Origin: a virus
Length of the DNA: 64,000 bases
Virus record (IMG/VR): IMGVR_UViG_3300040809_000188
Coordinates: 1 to 64,000 of that record
Strand: one strand, 5' to 3'
Below the pieces are notes generated by a model. The model ran no database searches and was not told the origin of the DNA. It saw only the letters and a program-made list of their open reading frames with translations. A program made the position numbers and the translations under genes. Positions 18,999 through 26,865 of the stretch are shown in pieces. How positions within the stretch are numbered: position 1 is the first letter of the stretch; each line of letters begins with the position of its first letter.

Positions 18999-20370
18999 TG
19001 AAGGTTATGCTAGACGTACATTGCCATATCTCAAGTCAGATTATTTTCAAGAACGACATGAGAAGACTATCTATCAAGAGATTGACAAGTACATTTCACA
19101 GTACAATGCTTTGCCTACTAGAGAAGCACTTGTCATTGAACTAGATAATAATGGTAAGATTTCTGATGAAGATTTTACTGAATGTAGTTCGATTATTGGT
19201 GAACTAACAATCACAGAAGAAGTCGATAAAGAATGGCTTATTGAAAAGACTGAGAAGTTCTGTCAAGAGAAGGCTATCTACAATGCAATCATGCAGTCGA
19301 TATCAATCATTGAAGGCGATACAAAAAGCGAGAAAGGAGAAATCCCTGAACTCCTATCTGATGCGCTTTCTGTGTCTTTTGACCCTAGCATCGGTCACGA
19401 CTTTTTGGATGACAGTGATGATCGGTGGGATTTTTATCATCGCATTGAAGAGCGCATTCCATTCGACATTGACTACCTTAACAAGATTACTAAAGGTGGT
19501 CTTCCGAAGAAGTCATTGAATATTATTCTTGCTGGCACAGGCGTAGGTAAATCACTTGCGATGTGTCATATGGCTAGTGCGAATCTTCTAAACGGTAAGA
19601 ATGTTCTCTATATCACAATGGAAATGGCAGAAGAGAAGATTGCAGAACGTATTGATGCTAATCTATTGAATGTATCACTAGATGATTTGCAATCACTGTC
19701 AAAAGAGATGTATGACAAAAAGATTACCAGAGTAAAAGGTAAGACATCTGGTAAACTGATTGTCAAAGAGTATCCAACTGCATCTGCACACACTGGACAC
19801 TTTCGTCACTTATTGAATGAACTGCGACTAAAGAGATCGTTTATTCCAGATATTATTTACGTTGATTATCTAAATATCTGCATGTCATCACGAATCAAGT
19901 CTGGTGCTAATGTCAACTCATACACCCTCATAAAAGCGATTGCAGAGGAACTGAGAGGACTTGCGGTGGAAAGAGTGGTTCCTATTGTGTCTGCAACACA
20001 GACAACTCGTAGCGGCTACACAAGTTCAGACATTGGACTTGAGGACACATCTGAATCATTTGGTTTGCCTGCTACTGCCGACTTTATGTTTGCTCTTATC
20101 TCTACTGAAGAACTTGAAGAGTTGAATCAGATTATGGTAAAGCAGTTGAAGAATAGATACAATGATCCTACACTCTACAAAAGATTTGTGGTGGGTGTAG
20201 ACAGAGCAAAGATGCGTCTGTATGATGTAGAACAAGAAGCCCAAGGTGATGTTCTTGACGGCCCAGTCATGGACAACTCAGAGTTTGGACAAAGAGACAA
20301 CGAAGAACAAATGATGAAATGGGCAACAAAAACGATGGGTAGAAAGGACTTTAGTGGACTAAAGGTATGA
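18958..20370 (+). CDS. gp41: Replicative helicase gp41
   Basis: AGTGVGKS, TMEM, VDYL, SATQ, SESFGLPATAD, QLKNRY. Confidence 0.97.
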   Translation: MRIELMVLKHLLNDEGYARRTLPYLKSDYFQERHEKTIYQEIDKYISQYNALPTREALVIELDNNGKISDEDFTECSSIIGELTITEEVDKEWLIEKTEKFCQEKAIYNAIMQSISIIEGDTKSEKGEIPELLSDALSVSFDPSIGHDFLDDSDDRWDFYHRIEERIPFDIDYLNKITKGGLPKKSLNIILAGTGVGKSLAMCHMASANLLNGKNVLYITMEMAEEKIAERIDANLLNVSLDDLQSLSKEMYDKKITRVKGKTSGKLIVKEYPTASAHTGHFRHLLNELRLKRSFIPDIIYVDYLNICMSSRIKSGANVNSYTLIKAIAEELRGLAVERVVPIVSATQTTRSGYTSSDIGLEDTSESFGLPATADFMFALISTEELEELNQIMVKQLKNRYNDPTLYKRFVVGVDRAKMRLYDVEQEAQGDVLDGPVMDNSEFGQRDNEEQMMKWATKTMGRKDFSGLKV

Positions 20371-20561
20371 TAGAACTTGCATATGCTGGAATGGTAATAT
20401 GTAAACTTGTATCACAAGATATCGATGAGAACAGTACTGACAAAGATAGATTATGTGAGTACAAATGTCAGGACAAAAGAAAGAATGAAGTGGTGTACAC
20501 ACCTAACATTTACAACTGTCCTACAGTATTATATGTTGACAAACTAAAGGATGATTCATGA
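20367..20561 (+). CDS. Small Cys-containing hypothetical protein
   Basis: ORF with overlapping start/stop. Confidence 0.55.
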   Translation: MIELAYAGMVICKLVSQDIDENSTDKDRLCEYKCQDKRKNEVVYTPNIYNCPTVLYVDKLKDDS

Positions 20562-20758
20562 ACTACGAAGTACGAAGACACGGCGAAAACTACAAGATTT
20601 ACGAAATACCAACACAACAATACATCTATAAAGATAGTCAGCGAATCACCGCCGAATCACTTTGCGATTCGCTGAATAAGGGTTCAGGATTTGATGGAGA
20701 AACTCCTCGATTTTTCAACAACTTAGCAAGTGGGGTTGACATCAGTGAGTTTACTTGA
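20558..20758 (+). CDS. Hypothetical protein
   Basis: LNKGSGFDGETPRFF; contains three GANTC motifs. Confidence 0.65.
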   Translation: MNYEVRRHGENYKIYEIPTQQYIYKDSQRITAESLCDSLNKGSGFDGETPRFFNNLASGVDISEFT

Positions 20759-20770
20759 TATATTACAACC

Positions 20771-21139
20771 ATGCTGATGATTGAGGTACATGGTGCTAGA
20801 AAGACTAAAGCGGCTCTCGCAAGGGATGCCGCTATCTTTGCTTTTGAATACTTGATGCCTAGAATGAGAAAGCAAGTAGACGTTGAGATTACCTTCACTA
20901 GAATGTATGATGTCTATGGTTATCAAGCAGAGGTCGGTGATCGTGAGTTTGAGATTGAGTTAGACAACAGATTAAAGGGTGATGATCTTTTGACTGCTAT
21001 CTTTCATGAGGTAACTCACTGTGTTCAAGACTTGAGAGGTCAGAAGGGTGGTTGGGAACTGCCTTATGAAGAGCGTCCTTTTGAGATTGAAGCGTATGCT
21101 ATGCAAGAAGAAATCTTAGAAAAGTGGAAAAAAAGATAA
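20771..21139 (+). CDS. HEXXH zincin-like protein
   Basis: FHEVTH and PFEIEA; promoter TTGACA 20736. Confidence 0.7.
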   Translation: MLMIEVHGARKTKAALARDAAIFAFEYLMPRMRKQVDVEITFTRMYDVYGYQAEVGDREFEIELDNRLKGDDLLTAIFHEVTHCVQDLRGQKGGWELPYEERPFEIEAYAMQEEILEKWKKR

Positions 21140-21147
21140 AAAAGACC

Positions 21148-21215
21148 TTGACATTTTCCGAAAATATGGTATAAATGTAAAGTAAGTTAGTTAAGTGATT
21201 CGCAATGAGAGAGGT
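21148..21215 (+). promoter_or_regulatory. Early promoter with conserved leader
   Basis: TTGACA 21148, TATAAA 21170, GTAAGTTAGTTAAGTGATTCGCAATGAGAGAGGT. Confidence 0.8.
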
Positions 21216-21221
21216 TTGATT

Positions 21222-21575
21222 ATGGCTTATATTTCACAAGAACAGAAGAAAGAACTTGCCCCTGCTATTAAAGCGGTTCTCAAGAAGTACAATATGAAGG
21301 GTAGCATCGGCATTGACAATCACAGTAGTCTGCGTGTTCGTGTTACTGAAGGCCCTTTGAAGTTTGATGATTATGAGCAAGTCAACACTTACCACATTGA
21401 AAAGTTCTACGGTAAAGACACTAAAGAAACTGCTTTTCTGACTGAACTTGTCGCCGCTATGAAAGGCACTAAGTGGTACAACAACAGCGACTACATGACT
21501 GACTATTTTGATGTCGCTTATTGGATTGATGTTCATGTTGGTCGGTGGGATAAAGCCTACCAGCAGACTGTTTAA
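21222..21575 (+). CDS. Early hypothetical protein
   Basis: MAYISQE..., NSDYMTDYFDV motif; start moved to ATG after RBS. Confidence 0.8.
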   Translation: MAYISQEQKKELAPAIKAVLKKYNMKGSIGIDNHSSLRVRVTEGPLKFDDYEQVNTYHIEKFYGKDTKETAFLTELVAAMKGTKWYNNSDYMTDYFDVAYWIDVHVGRWDKAYQQTV

Positions 21576-21589
21576 GAAGAGAGGTTATT

Positions 21590-21787
21590 ATGAAAGAACT
21601 TTGGATTGAAGCGGAAAATCGGGTCTATTATGCACTCGCTGATGCTATTGTCACTGGTTGTGAACATGTCACTGAGATGGTTGAAAAGGCCGAAATCCTT
21701 GAAACTGATATTGAGTTTCTTGGTGAGGATATGGTTCAAGATATCGCAACTGAAGTTTGGAACGAATATTGGACACAGTTTGAATAA
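21590..21787 (+). CDS. Small acidic early protein
   Basis: AGAGAGGT RBS. Confidence 0.7.
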   Translation: MKELWIEAENRVYYALADAIVTGCEHVTEMVEKAEILETDIEFLGEDMVQDIATEVWNEYWTQFE

Positions 21788-21792
21788 AGCCC

Positions 21793-21847
21793 TTGACAAA
21801 TTCTGTAGTTGTGGTAATATATCAGTATAGTGATTCGCAAGAGAGGT
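21793..21847 (+). promoter_or_regulatory. Early promoter with conserved leader
   Basis: TTGACA 21793, TAATAT 21815, GTGATTCGCAAGAGAGGT 21830. Confidence 0.8.
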
Positions 21848-21853
21848 GAAAAT

Positions 21854-22042
21854 ATGTGGGTAGCAAAACCAAATTTGAATAACAACACAGGTCTCAAAGA
21901 GTTTGAGAATGTGAAAGAAGCAGTTGCATACTTGGAAGAGTACACTGGTATTGAAATGGCTTATGAGCGCAATCGCAAGACAAAAAAGATCACTTACGAT
22001 TGGGAACTGATTGGTAAACTTTGGGAGACTGCTAATGTCTAA
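21854..22042 (+). CDS. Early hypothetical protein
   Basis: ATG after RBS. Confidence 0.7.
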   Translation: MWVAKPNLNNNTGLKEFENVKEAVAYLEEYTGIEMAYERNRKTKKITYDWELIGKLWETANV

Positions 22043-22382
22043 GATGTGGAAACTTCATCAGATTGTTCTGACCAATGATATTGTTGACTTGATCAACCAA
22101 GAGGGTTTTCAAGCCCATGTAAAAGGTGTTGCTTACACTGAAGCATTGATGAAGGGTGATCCTAAGATTGGTTTGATGCACAAGTGTTATGATCATGTCG
22201 CCAACATTATTGCTGATGATTTAGAGCATTGCTTTGAGGTTGGTAACATCGGTCCTGAAGATCGGATTGAGAAGTTGGATAAGATGCACTCGATTTCTGT
22301 TGGTGACATTCTTGAGGATGACACGGGCAAGAAGTTTGTTTGTGCGAAGTCTGGTTGGGAAGAAGTGAAAGAGGTGGCATGA
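22035..22382 (+). CDS. Hypothetical protein (YodL-like HSISVGD motif)
   Basis: MHSISVGDIL...GW. Confidence 0.7.
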   Translation: MSKMWKLHQIVLTNDIVDLINQEGFQAHVKGVAYTEALMKGDPKIGLMHKCYDHVANIIADDLEHCFEVGNIGPEDRIEKLDKMHSISVGDILEDDTGKKFVCAKSGWEEVKEVA

Positions 22383-22600
22383 TGAGTAATCAACGAGGTT
22401 TGAAACGCAACAAAGCGGTTTTTAATGACGGTGGTTCTATGCTCCGACAGATCATCAACTTTGCGGAAGAGGCAGAAGAACTGCTAGAGAAGCAAGGTGA
22501 GGAAGACGCCGCTTTTTACTTTGGACAGTTGAAGGATTGGTTGCGTGATAATCCGGCTAAAGGTTTTTCTGTTCCAACTCATACTATTTTGGGTTTGTAG
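22379..22600 (+). CDS. Hypothetical protein
   Basis: GAGGT RBS, ATGA overlap. Confidence 0.65.
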   Translation: MMSNQRGLKRNKAVFNDGGSMLRQIINFAEEAEELLEKQGEEDAAFYFGQLKDWLRDNPAKGFSVPTHTILGL

Positions 22601-22611
22601 TAAAAAAGGCC

Positions 22612-22670
22612 TTGACAAACTAGTCAACATTTGCTATAAAGTAAGTATAGTGATTCGCAAAGAGAGAGGT
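22612..22670 (+). promoter_or_regulatory. Early promoter with conserved leader
   Basis: TTGACA 22612, TGCTATAAA 22632, GTAAGTATAGTGATTCGCAAAGAGAGAGGT. Confidence 0.8.
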
Positions 22671-22676
22671 GAAGAA

Positions 22677-23021
22677 ATGAACGAAGTAATGACCCAGAAA
22701 ATCGAAAAGTTGTTTGACGCTATTACTAAAGATTACGAAGATTGGGCCCGCCGTGCAAACATTAAACGCCGAACCGCTCAAGATTTTCGTGACAGCCTTG
22801 GTGTGATCGTAGGTAATAAATACATCAAAGTTACAGAGAACGGTAATCAGATGCGTGTTTGGGGTTTTGTTGTCAACACCGAAACTGATAAGAAGTTCAA
22901 GTTTGGTGACATTCTCATGGCGGCTGGTTGGAAAGCGCCTGCTCGTAACACTGCCCGTGGCAATGTTATGACTGAAGAGTTCAGTGCGGTTCAGTGGACT
23001 GGACCTGCTTACTTGCGCTAG
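22677..23021 (+). CDS. Conserved early phage protein
   Basis: GDILMAAGWKAPARNTARGN...WTGPAYL motif. Confidence 0.8.
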   Translation: MNEVMTQKIEKLFDAITKDYEDWARRANIKRRTAQDFRDSLGVIVGNKYIKVTENGNQMRVWGFVVNTETDKKFKFGDILMAAGWKAPARNTARGNVMTEEFSAVQWTGPAYLR

Positions 23022-23185
23022 TCGCAAGCGTGATACGAGGCGGTCGGTCACGAAAATAGAATCAAAAAGCCCTGCCTAGGAAGTGGGTTGCCGTCTAAGT
23101 TTCAGAGTTTGGTTTGCCCGGCTACCTCTCTCTCATTAACTTACAAGCCGGGCGGTGGGCAGTTTATAAAACGTAAGACCCACCA
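23012..23185 (+). ncRNA. Candidate structured antisense sRNA targeting early-gene leaders
   Basis: GC-rich multi-stem intergenic region; GCCCGGCT/AGCCGGGC stem displays loop ACCTCTCTCTCATTAACTTACA complementary to the leader consensus. Confidence 0.65.
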
Positions 23186-23202
23186 TTTCATAAGAGGTAA
23201 AG

Positions 23203-23607
23203 ATGAAAAAGATTGTATTTGGATTGCTTGGTGTATGCGCTTTTGCTACAACAGCATATGCAGAAACCGTCACCGATCATTATAAAACGGTTATCAATCG
23301 CACACCATATCAAGTTGAAGTATGCACAGATAAGCAAGTTTCTGGTGATAAGACTGGTGACATGCTCAAAGGAGCAATCATTGGTGGTATCATAGGAAAC
23401 AATATCAAAGGAGAAGAAAATGGCGGTGCTATGGGCGCTATTCTCGGCGGCATGCTTGGTCATTCAAATAGCACTGCTACTGGCGGCACTGCAAGGCAAT
23501 GCGAAGTAGTAACACGCTATAATGAAGAAGCGATTCAAGTTTATTCGCATTCTACAGTGACATTTTATGATGATGGTAAACAATATACAGTGAGGTTTCA
23601 GAAATGA
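23203..23607 (+). CDS. Exported glycine-zipper 2TM protein
   Basis: Signal peptide; GAIIGGIIG...GAILGGMLG. Confidence 0.8.
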   Translation: MKKIVFGLLGVCAFATTAYAETVTDHYKTVINRTPYQVEVCTDKQVSGDKTGDMLKGAIIGGIIGNNIKGEENGGAMGAILGGMLGHSNSTATGGTARQCEVVTRYNEEAIQVYSHSTVTFYDDGKQYTVRFQK

Positions 23608-23849
23608 GTTTTGATTGGCCAAGAATACATAAATGGGAAGAACGCATTGAGTCAGATGTAACAGATTCAGTTTATGAATATGTTATGGAACACTATGGTG
23701 TCGATGAAATCGTAGAGTTGACAGAAGAACAAATCAAAGAAGTTGAAAACTTCAGAGATGAACTAAATGAATATAGTCCAATGCAATGGGGCTTCTCTAA
23801 CCTGATTAATCATTGGGAAAGTGAAACTTGGGAAGCAGAGAATGAATAG
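23604..23849 (+). CDS. Acidic hypothetical protein
   Basis: ATGA overlap. Confidence 0.65.
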   Translation: MSFDWPRIHKWEERIESDVTDSVYEYVMEHYGVDEIVELTEEQIKEVENFRDELNEYSPMQWGFSNLINHWESETWEAENE

Positions 23850-24066
23850 ACGATATAGAATCTTTGGTGCTAGATATGAGTTGTCTGAAAAACTGATGGA
23901 GAATGACGATCAGTCATGGCCAGAAGAGATTACAGCGAAACCAAAAGTGTTTCATGTGGAAATCACTGAAGACAAAAAGAGAGTTGCTTTTCTAACTCGT
24001 AATACATATGATGAAGCGAGAGCGATTGCAGAGGATTTTTGTAGTTATGGCAAGACGACTGTTTAA
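23842..24066 (+). CDS. Hypothetical protein
   Basis: ORF in tight operon. Confidence 0.6.
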   Translation: MNRRYRIFGARYELSEKLMENDDQSWPEEITAKPKVFHVEITEDKKRVAFLTRNTYDEARAIAEDFCSYGKTTV

Positions 24067-24307
24067 GAATCGACATGGTGACACACAGTCATTTGAGTGG
24101 ACAGAAGATAGAAACATTCTCTGGCGTGGTTCTCGCAGTCATGAAAGGATTACTTGGGACCCTCATGCTGATATCATTACAATGGTTGATCCCGCTGGTG
24201 GCCCCTATCTCGCAAAAGGTGATGTCATTGACTTTCCAGAAGAGTTTGCTGGATATACGATTAAACACTTTGAGCAACACGATGAGGGCTATATAATACA
24301 TGTGTGA
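24047..24307 (+). CDS. Hypothetical protein
   Basis: NRHGD...MVDPAGGPY motif. Confidence 0.7.
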   Translation: MARRLFKNRHGDTQSFEWTEDRNILWRGSRSHERITWDPHADIITMVDPAGGPYLAKGDVIDFPEEFAGYTIKHFEQHDEGYIIHV

Positions 24308-24313
24308 TAGTTT

Positions 24314-24396
24314 GCGCCTATGGTGAAATTGGTAGACACGCTAGATTTAGGTTCTAGTGCGAAAGCGTGGGAGTTCGAGTCTCTCTAGGCGCACCA
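24314..24396 (+). tRNA. tRNA-Leu(TAG)
   Basis: GCGCCTA/TAGGCGC acceptor, long variable arm, TTCGA, CCA. Confidence 0.95.
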
Positions 24397-24402
24397 AATT
24401 AT

Positions 24403-24478
24403 TCCCTGTTAGTTCAGTTGGTAGAACGGTGGACTGTTAATCCATATGTCGTTGGTTCGAGTCCAGCACAGGGAGCCA
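24403..24478 (+). tRNA. tRNA-Asn(GTT)
   Basis: TCCCTGT/ACAGGGA, loop CTGTTAA, CCA. Confidence 0.95.
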
Positions 24479-24481
24479 TTT

Positions 24482-24557
24482 GCTGAAGTAGCACAGTTGG
24501 TAGTGCAGTTGATTTGTAATCATCAGGTCGGGAGTTCGAGCCTCTCCTTCAGCACCA
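24482..24557 (+). tRNA. tRNA-Thr(TGT)
   Basis: GCTGAAG/CTTCAGC, loop TTTGTAA, CCA. Confidence 0.93.
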
Positions 24558-24558
24558 T

Positions 24559-24632
24559 GCGGTTATGATGTAAGGGTAGCCTATCTCGTTGCCAACGAGA
24601 ATGTGAGAGTTCGATTCTCTCTAACCGCTCCA
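24559..24632 (+). tRNA. tRNA-Gly(GCC)
   Basis: GCGGTTA/TAACCGC, TCTCG-TTGCCAA-CGAGA, CCA; weak D stem. Confidence 0.9.
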
Positions 24633-24634
24633 TA

Positions 24635-24683
24635 AAGTAGTGTCATTCCTACTTAATAATCGAATGACTGGTGCCACCTGGGC
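24635..24683 (+). ncRNA. H-type pseudoknot small RNA candidate
   Basis: S1 AAGTAG/CTACTT, S2 GTCATTC/GAATGAC, L1 1 nt, L3 AATAATC. Confidence 0.5.
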
Positions 24684-24712
24684 AAAAGGGTTGACTTTGT
24701 TCAGCCCTTTTT
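24684..24712 (+). terminator. Rho-independent terminator of tRNA operon
   Basis: AAAAGGGTTGA/TCAGCCCTTTT. Confidence 0.8.
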
Positions 24713-24718
24713 CTATTT

Positions 24719-24726
24719 TATAAATA
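24719..24726 (+). promoter_or_regulatory. T4-type late promoter
   Basis: TATAAATA; also at 26785, 31250, 58533, 60253. Confidence 0.8.
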
Positions 24727-24754
24727 GTGAGTAAATAAAACATACGAGGGTATC

Positions 24755-25552
24755 ATGCTTACATTTACTGAGCATCAAAATCTACAAGAGACAATCGGGC
24801 AGGCTGGACTTGACTATGAAATAAAGGTTCACTCTGCTATGAAAGCGGCGAACATTGCAGGTCTAAATGCTGGTGACAAGCCAGGCGCTGGGTTTTCTAA
24901 TGTTGGTGCTGGAGATATTGAAGCATCCTATAATGGTAAACCTTTCAACATCGAAATCAAAGCAGGCGCCAAGGATCAAATGGGTGGTGGTTCTTTTCGT
25001 TATGACATGGCTACTGGAACATTTACACCAGCAAAAGAGATGGACCCAGAAGACTTGGACTTGTTGTTAGCGGCGGCTAAAGAAAAGACTGACGATATTA
25101 ACAACTACATCAAGGCCGCTAGAAAGATTGAACCAGTTCAGTTTCACAAAAACATTTCTGGTATCCCTCTAAAAATATCTGTTGATGGTCGTGCAGAACT
25201 AAAGAAAAGAGGACTGCTTGCCAAAATCAACAAGAACATCAAATCATCAACCGCATTTATCATTAAACACTACAACAAAAAGGGTGTGTATTACATCAAT
25301 GTGGGTGGTGCTGGACTGTTCTATATGGGTAAAAATCCATTGAAACTTGATGTGCCAGAACTAAAAGGTGAGATTCAGATTGAAATGAGACTTGGTTTTG
25401 GTGGTGGTAAACTATCATTCCCTACACAACCAGAGCCTACATCCGCTCGTTCTGCTGGACTAAGACTTCAAGGAAGACTCTTGACAAGAGGTAAATCTCC
25501 GTATAGTCTAGACAATGTAGAAGATATTAAGAAACTGTTTGGTGTGAAATGA
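24755..25552 (+). CDS. Late PD-(D/E)XK nuclease-like protein with capsid-targeting-like N-terminus
   Basis: GLDYE...GDIE...NIEIK; N-terminus MLTFTEHQNLQE. Confidence 0.55.
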   Translation: MLTFTEHQNLQETIGQAGLDYEIKVHSAMKAANIAGLNAGDKPGAGFSNVGAGDIEASYNGKPFNIEIKAGAKDQMGGGSFRYDMATGTFTPAKEMDPEDLDLLLAAAKEKTDDINNYIKAARKIEPVQFHKNISGIPLKISVDGRAELKKRGLLAKINKNIKSSTAFIIKHYNKKGVYYINVGGAGLFYMGKNPLKLDVPELKGEIQIEMRLGFGGGKLSFPTQPEPTSARSAGLRLQGRLLTRGKSPYSLDNVEDIKKLFGVK

Positions 25553-26778
25553 AAAAGTTTTCGTCCTATCTAATCGAAGAAAAAAACACACACATGGAGC
25601 ATATTGAAGACAATGTGCTAAATGGTGGTGTGCAAGGTGCTAGAGAAAGCATCAACTTTCTTAGAGGCATCAGAGATATGCTTGCTGGTAGTAGCGATGC
25701 ATCAGTCAGTGCTAGTGTCAAGTGGGATGGTGCGCCTGCAATCTTTGCTGGAACCGATCCTTCTGATGGACAGTTCTTTGTAGCAAAGAAGGGTGTATTC
25801 AATAAGAATCCTAAAGTCTACAAAACAGATGCAGACATTGATGCTGATACTTCTGGTGATTTGAACACCAAACTCAAACTTGCACTGAAGTATCTACCAG
25901 ACTTGAATATCAAAGGTGTGATTCAAGGTGACTTTTTGTTTGCTAAGAGAGACTTGAAGAAGCAGAAGGTTCAAGGCAAATCATACATCACGTTTCATCC
26001 TAACACCATTGTCTATGCAGTTCCTACTGATGTGCCACTTGCTAGAGAGATATCTAAAGCAAAGATAGGTATTGTCTGGCACACCAAATACACAGGCAAC
26101 TCTTTTGAGACAATGAAGTCATCATTTGGTGAAAACATTGCTAACAGTCTGACATCATCAAATGCAGTCTGGTCAGTTGATGCTGAATACAAAGATGTGT
26201 CTGGTAATGCTACACTTACAAAGAAACAGACAAAAGAGATTACAGATATTCTCTCAAATGCTGGTAAAGTATTCAATAAGATTGATGCGGCTGGTCTAAA
26301 TGGTATTTCAGATAACAGCGAACTACTAATGCGTATGAAGACTTTTCTGAATACTAAAGTAAGAAAACAAGAAAAGGTTACAAATGTGAAAAAAGCAGTC
26401 ACAGATATGATTGACTATTTTCACAACTACTATCAGATTGAAACAGAAAAGCGTAAATCTGAAAAAGGTAAAGCGGCTGTTGATGAAAGAAAAAGAGAAG
26501 TAATGAAATACTTTTCAGATACAAACAGAGCAAACCTAGAGAACATTCTCACTCTAATGAATCTTATGGTTGATGCAAAAGAAATACTTATCAAGCAGAT
26601 GAACAAAGTAAAATCTCTTGATACCTTCTTGCTTACAGATAAAGGTTTCAAAGCAACAGGACAAGAAGGTTTTGTTGCTATTGACAGAGTGGGTAAGAAT
26701 GCTGTAAAACTAGTTGATAGAATGAACTTCAGTTATGCTAACTTTAGTCCTAATGTCAAAAAGGGATGGCAAAGATAA
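25549..26778 (+). CDS. Conserved marine T4-like protein (KNTHMEH / VKWDGAPA family, ligase/NTase-like)
   Basis: KWDG, QGD, EGFV, KLVDR..FS motifs; N-terminus MKKFSSYLIEE. Confidence 0.75.
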   Translation: MKKFSSYLIEEKNTHMEHIEDNVLNGGVQGARESINFLRGIRDMLAGSSDASVSASVKWDGAPAIFAGTDPSDGQFFVAKKGVFNKNPKVYKTDADIDADTSGDLNTKLKLALKYLPDLNIKGVIQGDFLFAKRDLKKQKVQGKSYITFHPNTIVYAVPTDVPLAREISKAKIGIVWHTKYTGNSFETMKSSFGENIANSLTSSNAVWSVDAEYKDVSGNATLTKKQTKEITDILSNAGKVFNKIDAAGLNGISDNSELLMRMKTFLNTKVRKQEKVTNVKKAVTDMIDYFHNYYQIETEKRKSEKGKAAVDERKREVMKYFSDTNRANLENILTLMNLMVDAKEILIKQMNKVKSLDTFLLTDKGFKATGQEGFVAIDRVGKNAVKLVDRMNFSYANFSPNVKKGWQR

Positions 26779-26865
26779 AGTTATTATAAATACTGTAAAG
26801 ATAACAGAATCATTCTACACTGATTCGCAGTATATGTCAAGCGTTAAGTCTAAGGAAAACACGCA

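Noticed and set aside
23029-23115. Resemblance to pistol ribozyme (CGUG..CACG, AAAUAG, loop pseudoknot)
   Set aside because: Lacks the conserved GCG after the pseudoknot and a convincing P3 with G/U cleavage site. Kept only as a generic structured RNA.
23088-23285. 65-aa ORF across the sRNA
   Set aside because: TTG start, no SD, overlaps the glycine-zipper gene; region better explained as RNA structure.
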